60,614 nt of DNA from Candidatus Peribacteria bacterium (GTDB lineage Bacteria; Patescibacteriota; Gracilibacteria; Peribacterales; Peribacteraceae): NCBI GenBank assembly GCA_041691135.1, contig JBEPVF010000009.1:1-60614 (forward strand), given 5' to 3'. The translations under genes and the position numbers were made by a program. The notes beneath the pieces are model-generated. The model was not told the DNA's origin. It did not search any database and saw nothing but the letters and a program-made list of their open reading frames with translations. Below are positions 30,647-40,339 of this stretch, in pieces (the first letter of the stretch is position 1; the number at the start of each line of letters is the position of its first letter).

Positions 30647-30790
30647 ATGTTGGGAAAACTTAAATGGCGTCGGCGTTTGCGTAAACACGGCTTTTTGGAG
30701 CGCAGCAAAACGGCCAATGGTCGCAAAGTTTTGTCACGTCGTCGCGCCACGGGCCGCAAGAGGCTGACGGTGCAGAAGAAGACAAAATAA
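30647..30790 (+). CDS. rpmH: 50S ribosomal protein L34 (not in the ORF track)
   Basis: Hand translation [47 protein letters not shown]; upstream TTGTCA-N17-TAAAGT. Confidence 0.92.
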   Translation: MLGKLKWRRRLRKHGFLERSKTANGRKVLSRRRATGRKRLTVQKKTK

Positions 30791-30902
30791 GAATTCACTC
30801 GCTCTTCATCTGCAGACTTCGGCGAGGCAGCGAGATTTTAAAGTATGCGTCGGTGCCTTCTCTTTTTCTTTCAACGCAAAGAGCGATAGAATTGTTACCA
30901 GC

Positions 30903-31205
30903 ATGCTTCTCTTTCTTCATCGCTTGTCCGCTTTCTTTTTCTACGTTCTGGGGACGAGTTTTTTTGTGGCGTACATTCTGTTGCGCAACGACCTTCAAGC
31001 CGAATGGGCTGCGCGATGGTTACTGTGGGCTGATCTTCCGCTGGCACTGACGACTGTTCTGTACGGCGGCCTCAGCTTCTATCGCAGTCTTACAACGCCG
31101 GGCAAAACATCGCGCATGCTTGCCGTGGCGATTGCCGTTCCACTGCTTGCGCTGTTTGTGTTACTTGTCCTGTTGAACTTCATGCCACTTTGGTTGGCGA
31201 AGTAA
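30903..31205 (+). CDS. Small 3-TM membrane protein
   Basis: Three hydrophobic helices. Confidence 0.65.
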   Translation: MLLFLHRLSAFFFYVLGTSFFVAYILLRNDLQAEWAARWLLWADLPLALTTVLYGGLSFYRSLTTPGKTSRMLAVAIAVPLLALFVLLVLLNFMPLWLAK

Positions 31206-31253
31206 TACGCTGTCTCAAAAGACAAAAATAGACGACATTTTGTTGCGCTGATT

Positions 31254-31790
31254 TTACACCGGAATTTCTTCCGCCCCGGCCTGTCTGTTCGCCTCGCGGG
31301 CGGCCAGGAACAAATAATCACTCAAGCGGTTGAGATAGATTTGTACCAGTGTGTTGATCGTTTCCTGTTCCATAAGCTTGCAGACGCGCCGTTCGGCACG
31401 GCGCGTGACAGTACGCGCATGATGCAGCAGCGCACCGCCGCGGGACCCGCTGGGCAGAATGAAATGCGTTTGCAGCGGCAGTGACGATTCCAATGCATAG
31501 ATCCACTTTTCGATTTCTTCGATGTCGGGCTGAATGACGCGTTGAATGTATTTGTTTTCGAAGTCTGGCGTCGCCAGATCCGCACCCACATGAAACAGAA
31601 GACGCTGTGTGCGGAGCAGTTGTTCGGACAGGCGCGCATCTAAATTCGGTTCAGCCAGAACGATTCCTAAAATTGCATTTAGTTCATCTACTGTTCCGTA
31701 CGCTTCAATCCGCGGTGATGTTTTGGGAACGCGCCCACTGCCAAACAATCCCGTTATTCCTCCGTCTCCGGTTTTGGTAACGACGCTCAT
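31254..31790 (-). CDS. PduO-type ATP:cob(I)alamin adenosyltransferase family protein
   Basis: TKTGDGG.T, YGTVDELN, ARTVTRRAER, YLNRLSDYLF. Confidence 0.93.
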   Translation of the reverse strand: MSVVTKTGDGGITGLFGSGRVPKTSPRIEAYGTVDELNAILGIVLAEPNLDARLSEQLLRTQRLLFHVGADLATPDFENKYIQRVIQPDIEEIEKWIYALESSLPLQTHFILPSGSRGGALLHHARTVTRRAERRVCKLMEQETINTLVQIYLNRLSDYLFLAAREANRQAGAEEIPV

Positions 31791-31828
31791 AGGGTGAGTA
31801 TACCTCGGTCTATTGCGTGAGACAGACA

Positions 31829-32077
31829 TTAATTAAGCGTCGCGTCCTCTATTTGCTGATTCTGAGGAATTAAATTCCCGAGGACTGGGTTTGGGATCCT
31901 GAATGGTGCAAAACCAATATCACTTTCAATAAACACAGGTAACGTACGCATCAATCTGCCAAATGTACGCGTGACATGTAGCGAAGTTTCATGAAGCCGG
32001 GCAGCCAACACCGCTGCCTCTGGGTCTAAATCTTGCGGTACAGTGGCGTCACTGTCTTTAGAAGGTTTATTGACCAT
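31829..32077 (-). CDS. Hypothetical protein (82 aa)
   Basis: ORF in a lower-GC gap; no family recognised. Confidence 0.4.
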   Translation of the reverse strand: MVNKPSKDSDATVPQDLDPEAAVLAARLHETSLHVTRTFGRLMRTLPVFIESDIGFAPFRIPNPVLGNLIPQNQQIEDATLN

Positions 32078-32181
32078 GAGAGAATGTTGACATTATGTAA
32101 CTATATTTTCAATAATCCTAATCGCTAAGCTACGATTATGGCTTTCTGATGCGTAATTTTAGTTCTCAGCCCAATCTCCGG

Positions 32182-32397
32182 TTACCCTGGGTAGGGAGGA
32201 ATATCCTTGGCTGTATCTCTGCAGGTCAAGGGTGAAGAATGAAACAGCGCGTAACATTCGCTCATAGTGTTAGCTCCCGCCTCTTTGTAGAATTTTCTTT
32301 CGTCTACCGTTGAACCGGGGAGTATCCGTAGCAGATCAGTGGATTCGCCTTCGTAGCGAGGCTCTGGTCGCTTCGAAAGAGGGTAAAACGAAGACAT
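32182..32397 (-). CDS. Hypothetical protein (71 aa)
   Basis: TAGACT 7 nt upstream of ATG, matching the window-wide start pattern. Confidence 0.4.
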   Translation of the reverse strand: MSSFYPLSKRPEPRYEGESTDLLRILPGSTVDERKFYKEAGANTMSECYALFHSSPLTCRDTAKDIPPYPG

Positions 32398-32456
32398 AGG
32401 ATTCAGTCTATGCTCAATACTCTCGGCAGAAAAAATATTTCTCTCAGAACCTGAAG

Positions 32457-34844
32457 TTAGCCCAACTGCTGCGTCAATTTGGCATGCACCGCTTGAGCTT
32501 CGGTCTCCGTCAGCGTGCGGTCCGGGGCGCGGTACGTGAAGCGCAATGTCAAATTGTACTGGTCATCAGTAAGCGGCTTGCCGGTGTAGAGGTCGACGAC
32601 TTCCACGCTCTCGAGCAACGGGTCCGAGCCGCGCAATTTTGTCACCATCGAACCGACAGCATCGCGTTTTGTTTTGGTCGTCGTCACGTCGTACTGCACC
32701 GATGGGAACTGCGGCAGCGGCCGCATCAATCGTGACGATGGCGGCAGGGCGAGGAGTGCTGCGAGATCAATTATCACAACTGCGGCGCGGCCGGGCAGCT
32801 CAAATCGCTCGCGAATGTCGGGATGCACTTCGCACAGCAGGCCGATCGGCGTCTGGCCGACCATCAGCGTGGCGGCGCGCCCAGGATGCGCAAAGCCTGG
32901 GGAGGTCGTCGTTTGCTGTTCGTGCACGACGTACCCAATGGCTTCCAGCGCCGTGTGGAGATCACGCTTCAGAAGCAGGAGCGGTTCGTGCTTGAGACGG
33001 TCCGATCCGCTTTGTTCATCGGCGAGAGTGCAATGCATCATGCTCAGTTCGGCATGCTCAGGAATGGATTTGCTGAACACGTGTCCGACGGTGAAAGTCC
33101 GGATGACATCTGCGGCTTGTAACCGATTGCGCTGCGCGTGCTCCAGCAGCGATGGCAACGTGCTCGTCTGCAGCAGGCTCGTCTCGTCACTGATGGCATT
33201 CTGCACGGTGATGGCATCCTGCGGATCGAAGCCGGCATGTTGCAGCAGCGTCGCACTGGTAAGGGACAACGGCAGCACTTCCCAGTAGCCCTCTTCCTTC
33301 AGATTATCACGCAGTACATTCACGCGAGTGTCGCGGGCCGGTGGTACGGTCGATGCATCGGGCATCTGTGAGGCGATATTGTCATAGCCGAAGATGCGTC
33401 CGATTTCCTCGATCAAGTCGATCGGTGATTTCAGGTCGGGCCGATACGGCGGCGGTGTCACAGCAAGCATTTTTCCTTTGCCGCCTTTTACGGCGCACCC
33501 GAGATCAGTGAGATTTTTTTTGATCGTCTCGGCTGGTATCTCCTGCCCCAACACGCTTGTGACGCGTGCCAGTTCCAAGTCGATGGTTGGGGATGCGCCC
33601 TCGTCGCCGGCTTCTTCCATCGACGAGATAATCTTTGCGCCAGGAATGAGTTCGAGCATCAGTGCCAGTGCGCGCATGAATCCTTCTTTTGCACGTATTC
33701 GCGGAATGCCTTTTTCGTAGACGGTCGACGCGTCGGTTCGATGTCCGGTGGCGACAATTGTGCGGCGGATGGTCACCGGATCGACGATGGCGCTGTGCAG
33801 ATAGATGTGTTTGGTCGTTTCTTTGGTGGAGCTGCGCAGTCCGCCCATGATGCCGAGCAGATCGAAGACACCTTGCTGGTCATTCAGAACGATAGCCCCT
33901 TCGGGCAACGGACGTTCCACATGATCGAGAGTGAGGATCGTCTCGTCTTTTTTGCTCGTCCGTATGGTTATGTCGCCCACAAAATCATCGGCGTCGAAAC
34001 TGTGCAGCGGCATGCCGAGTTCGGTTGCCACGTAGTTGGTGATATCCACGGGCAGCGAGACGGAGCGCCAACCCACTGCCTCCAGTCGTCGCTTCATCCA
34101 GTCGGGCGTCGTACCGAGGCTCTTGATTTGGACCAGGCAGGAACAGTAGCGCGGCATGAGCGTCGGGACTTCGTTGCGGATAGCGAATGGCAGCGGCTGT
34201 TTGCCGAAGGTGACGCGCTTCTTTTTTGATGGTTCTTTCCAGTCAGCCAGGCCGATGGCCACGCACTCGCGTGCGAAACCGATGTGCGAAAACAGATCCG
34301 CACGATGGGTGATGGCGTGGTTATCGATATGGAGAATGACATCATTGAGTCCCAATGCTTCGCGCAGCAGCGTGCCGGCGACTGCCGACAGGGCGCTCAG
34401 ATCCACAACCGGCCGGTTGCCCTCGTCGGGCTTCGGCGGATAGAGCGACTCCAGTCCGATTTCTTCGGCCGCACAAATCATGCCCTCACTGTCTTGTCCG
34501 CGGATTTTCACTTTTTGTAGGGTGACAGTTTCGCCTTCATGGCCGCGCACAGTGGTTCCCACATGTGCGAACGCGACCTTCATGCCTTGATGCAGATTTG
34601 TGCCACCGCAGACGACCTTCGCGGTCCCCCGGTCGGTCTTCACATCACACACCGACAGTCGGTCAGCGTCCGGGTGCTTGCCGAGGCTTGTGATTTCTCC
34701 CACGACACAACCGTCGAGCAGTGCACCCTGCACTTCGACTTCATCCACCTCGGCCGTTGATGCCGTGATGCGCCGCGCGATTTCCTGCGGATTTTTTTCG
34801 GTGAACGTCACGAAATCCTGCAGCCAGTTCAGAGAGATCTTCAT
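32457..34844 (-). CDS. pheT: Phenylalanine-tRNA ligase beta subunit
   Basis: MKISLNWL, HPDADRL, SEGMIC, DLIEEIGRIFGY, FDX-ACB YRAPDRTLT. Confidence 0.97.
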   Translation of the reverse strand: MKISLNWLQDFVTFTEKNPQEIARRITASTAEVDEVEVQGALLDGCVVGEITSLGKHPDADRLSVCDVKTDRGTAKVVCGGTNLHQGMKVAFAHVGTTVRGHEGETVTLQKVKIRGQDSEGMICAAEEIGLESLYPPKPDEGNRPVVDLSALSAVAGTLLREALGLNDVILHIDNHAITHRADLFSHIGFARECVAIGLADWKEPSKKKRVTFGKQPLPFAIRNEVPTLMPRYCSCLVQIKSLGTTPDWMKRRLEAVGWRSVSLPVDITNYVATELGMPLHSFDADDFVGDITIRTSKKDETILTLDHVERPLPEGAIVLNDQQGVFDLLGIMGGLRSSTKETTKHIYLHSAIVDPVTIRRTIVATGHRTDASTVYEKGIPRIRAKEGFMRALALMLELIPGAKIISSMEEAGDEGASPTIDLELARVTSVLGQEIPAETIKKNLTDLGCAVKGGKGKMLAVTPPPYRPDLKSPIDLIEEIGRIFGYDNIASQMPDASTVPPARDTRVNVLRDNLKEEGYWEVLPLSLTSATLLQHAGFDPQDAITVQNAISDETSLLQTSTLPSLLEHAQRNRLQAADVIRTFTVGHVFSKSIPEHAELSMMHCTLADEQSGSDRLKHEPLLLLKRDLHTALEAIGYVVHEQQTTTSPGFAHPGRAATLMVGQTPIGLLCEVHPDIRERFELPGRAAVVIIDLAALLALPPSSRLMRPLPQFPSVQYDVTTTKTKRDAVGSMVTKLRGSDPLLESVEVVDLYTGKPLTDDQYNLTLRFTYRAPDRTLTETEAQAVHAKLTQQLG

Positions 34845-35044
34845 GAGGGGAGTATAGAAGGTTTGAGAAAGAGGAAGAAGTCGAGTTTTCTTGAAAGAGG
34901 AAACCGAAGCAACCGACGGAACCGAAGATAAAAATCTGATGATAATTCTTTCTGTGTCCGTTACATCACTTCACTATTCAATTTGGCCGTCAATTGCGAC
35001 ATTCGGCGTGGGCGCGTACTTTTTGGGTACTTTCCTCTGATCCA

Positions 35045-35320
35045 ATGCTTTTCCACAAGAAAAAAACACCACACCAGGGCGCTTGTATGGCGCTTCATCT
35101 GGTAGTTGCCGGCCTGCTGCTCTTCGCCACCATCGCTGCATTTGTCGGCGTGTACAAAGCGCATGTGTATGATGACGGTCTCGCTTTCGGTACGACTGCC
35201 GGTTCACTCTCGCTGCTCGCGTTTGCCGTATGTCTGGTTCTCTGGATGCATCAAATGAAGGCGTGCGCGACCAAGTGCGAAGTGTGCGACATGATGCCGA
35301 CGCCGTCGAAGAAGAAGTAA
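35045..35320 (+). CDS. Small 2-TM membrane protein with C-terminal Cys cluster
   Basis: Two TMs, CATKCEVC; start uncertain. Confidence 0.6.
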   Translation: MLFHKKKTPHQGACMALHLVVAGLLLFATIAAFVGVYKAHVYDDGLAFGTTAGSLSLLAFAVCLVLWMHQMKACATKCEVCDMMPTPSKKK

Positions 35321-35386
35321 GGTGCCAAATTCACGGTAGAACGGGCTAGTTCTCCGTATTCTTTTATGTCATAGTGCGTCGGCTTT

Positions 35387-35476
35387 GGAGAGGTCGCATA
35401 GTGGCCTAGTGCGCGCGCTTGGAAAGCGCGTAGACCTGAAAGGGTCTCGGGGGTTCGAATCCCCCCCTCTCCGCCA
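35387..35476 (+). tRNA. tRNA-Ser(GGA)
   Basis: GGAGAGG acceptor stem, anticodon arm CGCGC-TTGGAAA-GCGCG, long variable arm, GGTTCGAATCC, encoded CCA. Confidence 0.97.
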
Positions 35477-35582
35477 CGTAAAGCGCCTACGGCGCCACGT
35501 GGCACAGCCACAAGAATCGGAGCTTGTTTAACTTCGATGAAGCGCTTTTGTGCCACGTGACGGCGCAGCCGTTTTACGTGGC
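35473..35582. repeat. Palindromic (cruciform) element overlapping the tRNA 3' end
   Basis: GCCACGTAAA...TTTACGTGGC outer stem, CACGTGGCACA...TGTGCCACGTG inner stem, two side hairpins. Confidence 0.7.
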
Positions 35583-35663
35583 AATAATGTCCGCAGAACC
35601 GTGGCTGCAGTTATGTATCGAACCCCCGGTTCCGTCTTAGACCAATAAATATTCAAGAAATAC

Positions 35664-37028
35664 CTACTTCTCAAAATGAGCCGACAAAGGCCGGAGGCCA
35701 AGTGCTCTGTAGATTTCTGGCAGTGCTTTGTTGGCTGCTTCTTTTCCGGCGGCTATAAATTCCAGTACGGGGATAGGAATTTTTTTACCCGAAAGAATAT
35801 CGGTTTCTGTCTGTGCATATTTTTTCCCAACCACCGGCAAGCCTTTTCCAAAATTTGTGAGCGAACGTGTTCCCGATAAAATACCTCTGCCATCTTTGGA
35901 TGTAATGACCACATCGCCCCTGTCTCTCAGGTTTGGTGATAGTCGATCTTGAATCCACTTGAGGGGTGCCAATACATCGGAATCAATGAATCCTACTGGA
36001 GCACCTATCACCGTGCTCGCGCCATTCTCTCGCAGTTGTTTCACTGCCGCTGACGTCGATTTGCGAGCGACACTCTTATCATCTGCATAGAGAATTCCAT
36101 CAATCTCTACAGGATCCAGACCGAACTTCGGTTTCAAGGCAGCAGAAGCGGCGGCAATTTTCATGACACCTCCTAAGGAATCACCTGGCTGCGGCGTCAG
36201 AAATATTTCATTTTTTGTCGGTTTCTGCTTCTGCACTTGAGCCCAGTAACTGACCGCAGGTGGTTTCGTCATTAGTTGTTCGTAGAAGCCATCTTCATTG
36301 GCTGGGTTCAATAGCTTATCCAAGGGGAGAACGACTTTCCCGTCTCTTTTTTCCGACAGAGTGCTGAGTGTTCGGATCGTGACAGCAACGTGTTGTATGT
36401 AGTCTATGCCGTCGGGAGTCAGCTGATGGTTTTCGTCGATGAAGGCGGAGGCAACGCCGCCCACCAAAGCTCCCATACTTGCTCCGGCGATCATATGTAT
36501 AGGAATGCCCTCGCGCTGAAGGACTTCAAGAACGCCGGCGTGTGCCAGACCCCATAGTCCGCCACCGCCCAGTGCGAGTCCGATTTTATTTCTCGTGTCC
36601 AGGATGTGTTTGCCAACTTGTAAATGATTATCCATTTGCACATTTTCTTGCTCTCTCAGCCGGCTTAATTTTTCTTCGATGCTCAACAGGTTCTCGCGAA
36701 GAGCACGAGCGGACTCGGGAATCGTCGTTTGATCTGCATCAAAAAATGCAGCAGTCGCCGCACTGATCTTTGCTGTGATAGTTATGAGGTCTTCGTGGGT
36801 GGAACTTTGAATTTTTATCCATTCCTCTGGATGCATTTCAAAATAGGAAAGGAGAGCGAGTAGAAATTCCACCCGCTTCATTTCGGGTTGGCTGAAAATT
36901 TGTTGCTTCTCCAATTGCTCACTCCACGAAGGTGTGGCTTCTATCTTATCAATCAACGATTGCAATGTGCTCTCCAGTGATGACTGTACTGATTCGTTCG
37001 AGTCGCCCGGCTGAGGTCTATTGACCAT
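35664..37028 (-). CDS. Patatin-like phospholipase with N-terminal helical extension
   Basis: LALGGGGLWGLAHAGVL, GASMG; promoter TTGCCA-N17-TAAAAT-N6-ATG. Confidence 0.85.
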   Translation of the reverse strand: MVNRPQPGDSNESVQSSLESTLQSLIDKIEATPSWSEQLEKQQIFSQPEMKRVEFLLALLSYFEMHPEEWIKIQSSTHEDLITITAKISAATAAFFDADQTTIPESARALRENLLSIEEKLSRLREQENVQMDNHLQVGKHILDTRNKIGLALGGGGLWGLAHAGVLEVLQREGIPIHMIAGASMGALVGGVASAFIDENHQLTPDGIDYIQHVAVTIRTLSTLSEKRDGKVVLPLDKLLNPANEDGFYEQLMTKPPAVSYWAQVQKQKPTKNEIFLTPQPGDSLGGVMKIAAASAALKPKFGLDPVEIDGILYADDKSVARKSTSAAVKQLRENGASTVIGAPVGFIDSDVLAPLKWIQDRLSPNLRDRGDVVITSKDGRGILSGTRSLTNFGKGLPVVGKKYAQTETDILSGKKIPIPVLEFIAAGKEAANKALPEIYRALGLRPLSAHFEK

Positions 37029-37100
37029 ATTTATATTTTATTGCTAAATACAAAAATTGGCAAGACCATCTATCAAAATTCTTTTATCAAATGGCCTTAT

Positions 37101-37475
37101 CTATTGTTTTACCAATTGGCGAAAATCCGTAAACAGCAGTGCCAAGGCGATGCCCTGAATCAGATGGTAGAGAGCGTTGTAGTTGAAGTAGATCGGATGC
37201 AGGCCGATGTGCATTTGTTGCAATACTAAGGCGAGGAACATCAAAAGGATTGCGATGCTGCCGATGACGGCTGCCTGTGACTGCCGTTGAACACTCAGCT
37301 TTATAAACAGACACAAGAGGGCGATGAGTGGCGGCAACGTGAATACGATGCTCACCAAAAAACGAAAGTCCACGAATAGCACGAAGAGAAAATATCCGCC
37401 GAGTGCAATCAGGACGCACGGCACGATCCATCGCTGCGATGTTTTCGTCAGCGCGCCGATGAGCAACCAGACCAC
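37101..37475 (-). CDS. Membrane protein, possibly 5'-truncated (DUF6962-like C-terminus)
   Basis: Four to five TMs ending FNYNALYHLIQ; no convincing start. Confidence 0.5.
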   Translation of the reverse strand: MVWLLIGALTKTSQRWIVPCVLIALGGYFLFVLFVDFRFLVSIVFTLPPLIALLCLFIKLSVQRQSQAAVIGSIAILLMFLALVLQQMHIGLHPIYFNYNALYHLIQGIALALLFTDFRQLVKQ

Positions 37476-37569
37476 TACTGTACACCGAGAAACATCAATC
37501 CGGAATGTCGTTGTAAGTTCGCCGGCAAAGAGCCGTCACAGCTTGGGCATATCCCTTCCCCTCAACGCC

Positions 37570-38142
37570 ATGGCCAAACTGCGCACACTTCACGATCTCT
37601 TTATTCATGAGCTGAAAGACCTCTACGACGCCGAACACCAGATTCTGGAGGCGCTTCCGCTGATGATCGAAGCGGCCACACATCCGGAACTCAAGCAGGC
37701 GTTCGAGGAGCATCGCAAGCAAACCGAAGAGCAGGTGAATCGTCTGGAAGAAGTATTCGACATGCTGGGCGAAGAAGCGAAGCGTCAGACCTGTGACGGT
37801 ATGAAGGGCGTGCTGAAGGAGGGCCACAAAGTGCTGACCGAAAAAATGGAAGATAACGTGCGCGATGCGGCGCTGATCACTGCAGCACAGCGAGTCGAGC
37901 ATTACGAAATCGCCGGCTACGGCGCAGTCGTTACGTTTGCGCGATTGATGGAGCACGAGGAGGAAGCCGACCTGCTTCAGGAGACATTGGATGAAGAAGG
38001 GGAGGCGGATCACATTCTGACCGAGATCGCAGAGCGTGTAGTGAATGTGGATGTTCCGGTGGGCGAAGAGGAAGCCGACGACTCCGACGAAACCGAAGAA
38101 GCTGAAGAGGAGGATGAAGAAGATGCGAAAGAAGACGAGTAA
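37570..38142 (+). CDS. Ferritin-like DUF892 (YciE/YciF family) protein
   Basis: LKDLYDAE.Q, H..QT..Q..RL, AQRVEHYEIAGYG, TL.EE..AD. Confidence 0.92.
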   Translation: MAKLRTLHDLFIHELKDLYDAEHQILEALPLMIEAATHPELKQAFEEHRKQTEEQVNRLEEVFDMLGEEAKRQTCDGMKGVLKEGHKVLTEKMEDNVRDAALITAAQRVEHYEIAGYGAVVTFARLMEHEEEADLLQETLDEEGEADHILTEIAERVVNVDVPVGEEEADDSDETEEAEEEDEEDAKEDE

Positions 38143-38221
38143 CGCGCACCTGTGGTTTCTGGTGTTTAGGAAAAGTGTTTTTTGAAAAAGCCGGCCCAGA
38201 TCTCTCCGGTTGTATCGTTAT

Positions 38222-38431
38222 TTATACTTTCTTTCCCTGTTGCATGCGCTTGGCGAGCGTGCGGAGGTAGCTCGTCGAGACGCGCATGGTCTTGTAGATA
38301 CCGGTTTGAGGGTCAAAAACGCGTTTCTTCTGCAAATTTACCTTCCACGAACGGCGGGTGTGACGCATTGAATGGCTGCGTGTGTTACCAAATGAGGTCT
38401 TCTTGCCGGTTTTAACGCATTGACGTGACAT
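38222..38431 (-). CDS. rpmB: 50S ribosomal protein L28
   Basis: [18 protein letters not shown]...TRR.W..NLQ. Confidence 0.95.
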   Translation of the reverse strand: MSRQCVKTGKKTSFGNTRSHSMRHTRRSWKVNLQKKRVFDPQTGIYKTMRVSTSYLRTLAKRMQQGKKV

Positions 38432-38573
38432 AAGCTGGGGCAGTGTAGGGAGGCACGAACAGGCAGTCAATAGTGTTCGTTCGAAAGGATTTAGGGGAAT
38501 CAGGCGATTTAAGCTGTTCAGAGGAAGTGATTCAGAGAGATTGCTACATGAGCATTGTGAAATTTTTCAGCAG

Positions 38574-38733
38574 GGCGCTGTCGCTTTCTGCGCGGAAAAG
38601 TGGCAGTACGCCGATTCATCGTGCGCTGATGCCGCCCTCAGTCGCTGAACGCTCCAGCCGGATGTGGAGGCAACCGCCTGCGATGAATCGAACAAATTCT
38701 CTCTGCTGCGGAGAAAGCGACAGCGCCAAAATC
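38574..38733. repeat. MITE-like long imperfect inverted repeat
   Basis: Perfect 16-bp GGCGCTGTCGCTTTCT/AGAAAGCGACAGCGCC and 10-bp CGATTCATCG/CGATGAATCG stems. Confidence 0.7.
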
Positions 38734-38840
38734 ATTACACCGATGCCAGCTTCATTCCTGTCATAGCATTCTTGTATCCCTCGAATTCCGTCATACCGCT
38801 TGGGCTTTCGCACACATCCTTCTAGAATGACGGCTCTTCT

Positions 38841-39515
38841 ATGACAGATTTTCTCAATCCGATTTACATCATCAGCATTCTGATCGCGCTGAGCGTGCAT
38901 GAAGCGGCGCATGGATTAGTGGCGCATTGGTTGGGCGATCCGACGGCCCGTGATAACGGGCGGCTCACGCTCAATCCCATCGCGCACTTGGATCCCATCG
39001 GAACATTGCTCTTCATTATCATCGGATTCGGCTGGGGAAAACCGGTACCGATTGATCCGCGATACTTCAGTCATCCCAAGCGCGACACGGCGCTTGTTTC
39101 GCTGGCCGGGCCGACAAGCAATTTGCTTCTGGCGATCATCAGTTTTTTTGGTCTGTATTTGCTTGCTCCCCATCTGGGTTTGCCATCGGGTTTGGATTTG
39201 GTTGGAGGAGTGAAAACGGGTCCCGTCGGATTGCAGTTTCTGTCCCAGCTCTTCGGCAGCTCGCTGTTTCTGAATCTTGGCTTGATGGCATTCAACTTGC
39301 TGCCCATTGCGCCGCTCGACGGATCCAAGATCTTGGAGGCTTTCATTCCACTGCGCTACGAGCTTCAGTATTCACAGCTGATGCGACAGGGCCCGTTCAT
39401 TCTGCTTGCTCTGCTGCTCATGGGTCGTTTGTTCGGCATAGACGTATTTTCCGGCTGGATTTTGTGGTGGATTGATACGGTGGTCGGAATTTTGGAGAAG
39501 ATTGTCGGACAATAA
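38841..39515 (+). CDS. Site-2 protease (M50 family)
   Basis: HEAAH, AGPTSN, FNLLPIAPLDG. Confidence 0.93.
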   Translation: MTDFLNPIYIISILIALSVHEAAHGLVAHWLGDPTARDNGRLTLNPIAHLDPIGTLLFIIIGFGWGKPVPIDPRYFSHPKRDTALVSLAGPTSNLLLAIISFFGLYLLAPHLGLPSGLDLVGGVKTGPVGLQFLSQLFGSSLFLNLGLMAFNLLPIAPLDGSKILEAFIPLRYELQYSQLMRQGPFILLALLLMGRLFGIDVFSGWILWWIDTVVGILEKIVGQ

Positions 39516-39600
39516 ATGAAAAAATAGTTCGACGAGTTCGCTCGGCAGATGCCGGTGCAGACTTTGTACATTTAGCATGGGCTGACATACAATGCGGAGC

Positions 39601-40335
39601 ATGATGAGGGTGCGACCGTTGCGGACAATATTGGCGGTATTCTGCTTATTTCTGTGTACGAGCAATCCACTCGAAGCAGCGCGCACGGCGAGCAGCGGAT
39701 ACATCGTGCCGCTCGATGTGCAGGGTGCGGGTGGCGGCGACGAAGCGCGATCGACGAACTATCACCTCATCGACACCATCGGCGAACCGAATATCGGACC
39801 GTCGGCCTCGAATAATTACAATCTGCGTGCCGGTTACCGACAGACGACCAGCAGTGATGTGTTCCTCTCGATCTCGGGTTCCACGACGGTCAATCTCGGC
39901 ACGATTGTCGGGGCTGGACAAAGGACCGGTACGGGCAAATGGACGGTGATTACCGATGCGGATGCGGGCTACTCGCTGAGCTGGCGCGCATCGACGGCCG
40001 CCATGGTCTCGGGCTCCGATTCGATTCCGGCCTTCGGTCCGTCAGTGGCGGACACGCCCGACAGTTGGAGTGTGGCTGCGAGCAGTGCCCGTTGGGGCGG
40101 TCACCTGAGCGTGACGAGCACCGATACGGCAGCCGAATGGGGCGCCAATGATGGAGTGGGCAGCAAGTGGTTGAACGTCGCGACGTCGAACCGCACCATT
40201 GTCACACGCACGTCCCGCACCGCTCTGGCCGGCTCCAACGAGTACGTCAACTTTCGTGCCGAAGTCGGCAGCACGGCGATCCAGCCGACGGGGACCTATA
40301 CTGTGACGATCACAATGACGGCAGTATCGTTGTGA
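39601..40335 (+). CDS. Secreted beta-rich surface subunit (WxL/pilin-like)
   Basis: Signal peptide, S/T-rich, C-terminal GTYTVTITMTA strand; paralogue of 41515-42255. Confidence 0.7.
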   Translation: MMRVRPLRTILAVFCLFLCTSNPLEAARTASSGYIVPLDVQGAGGGDEARSTNYHLIDTIGEPNIGPSASNNYNLRAGYRQTTSSDVFLSISGSTTVNLGTIVGAGQRTGTGKWTVITDADAGYSLSWRASTAAMVSGSDSIPAFGPSVADTPDSWSVAASSARWGGHLSVTSTDTAAEWGANDGVGSKWLNVATSNRTIVTRTSRTALAGSNEYVNFRAEVGSTAIQPTGTYTVTITMTAVSL

Positions 40336-40339
40336 TGGA

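Noticed and set aside
38574-38727. 6S or SRP RNA call for the long hairpin
   Set aside because: No SRP GNRA/CAGG-AGCA motif and no clear promoter; a third arm copy at 19605 favours a repeat.
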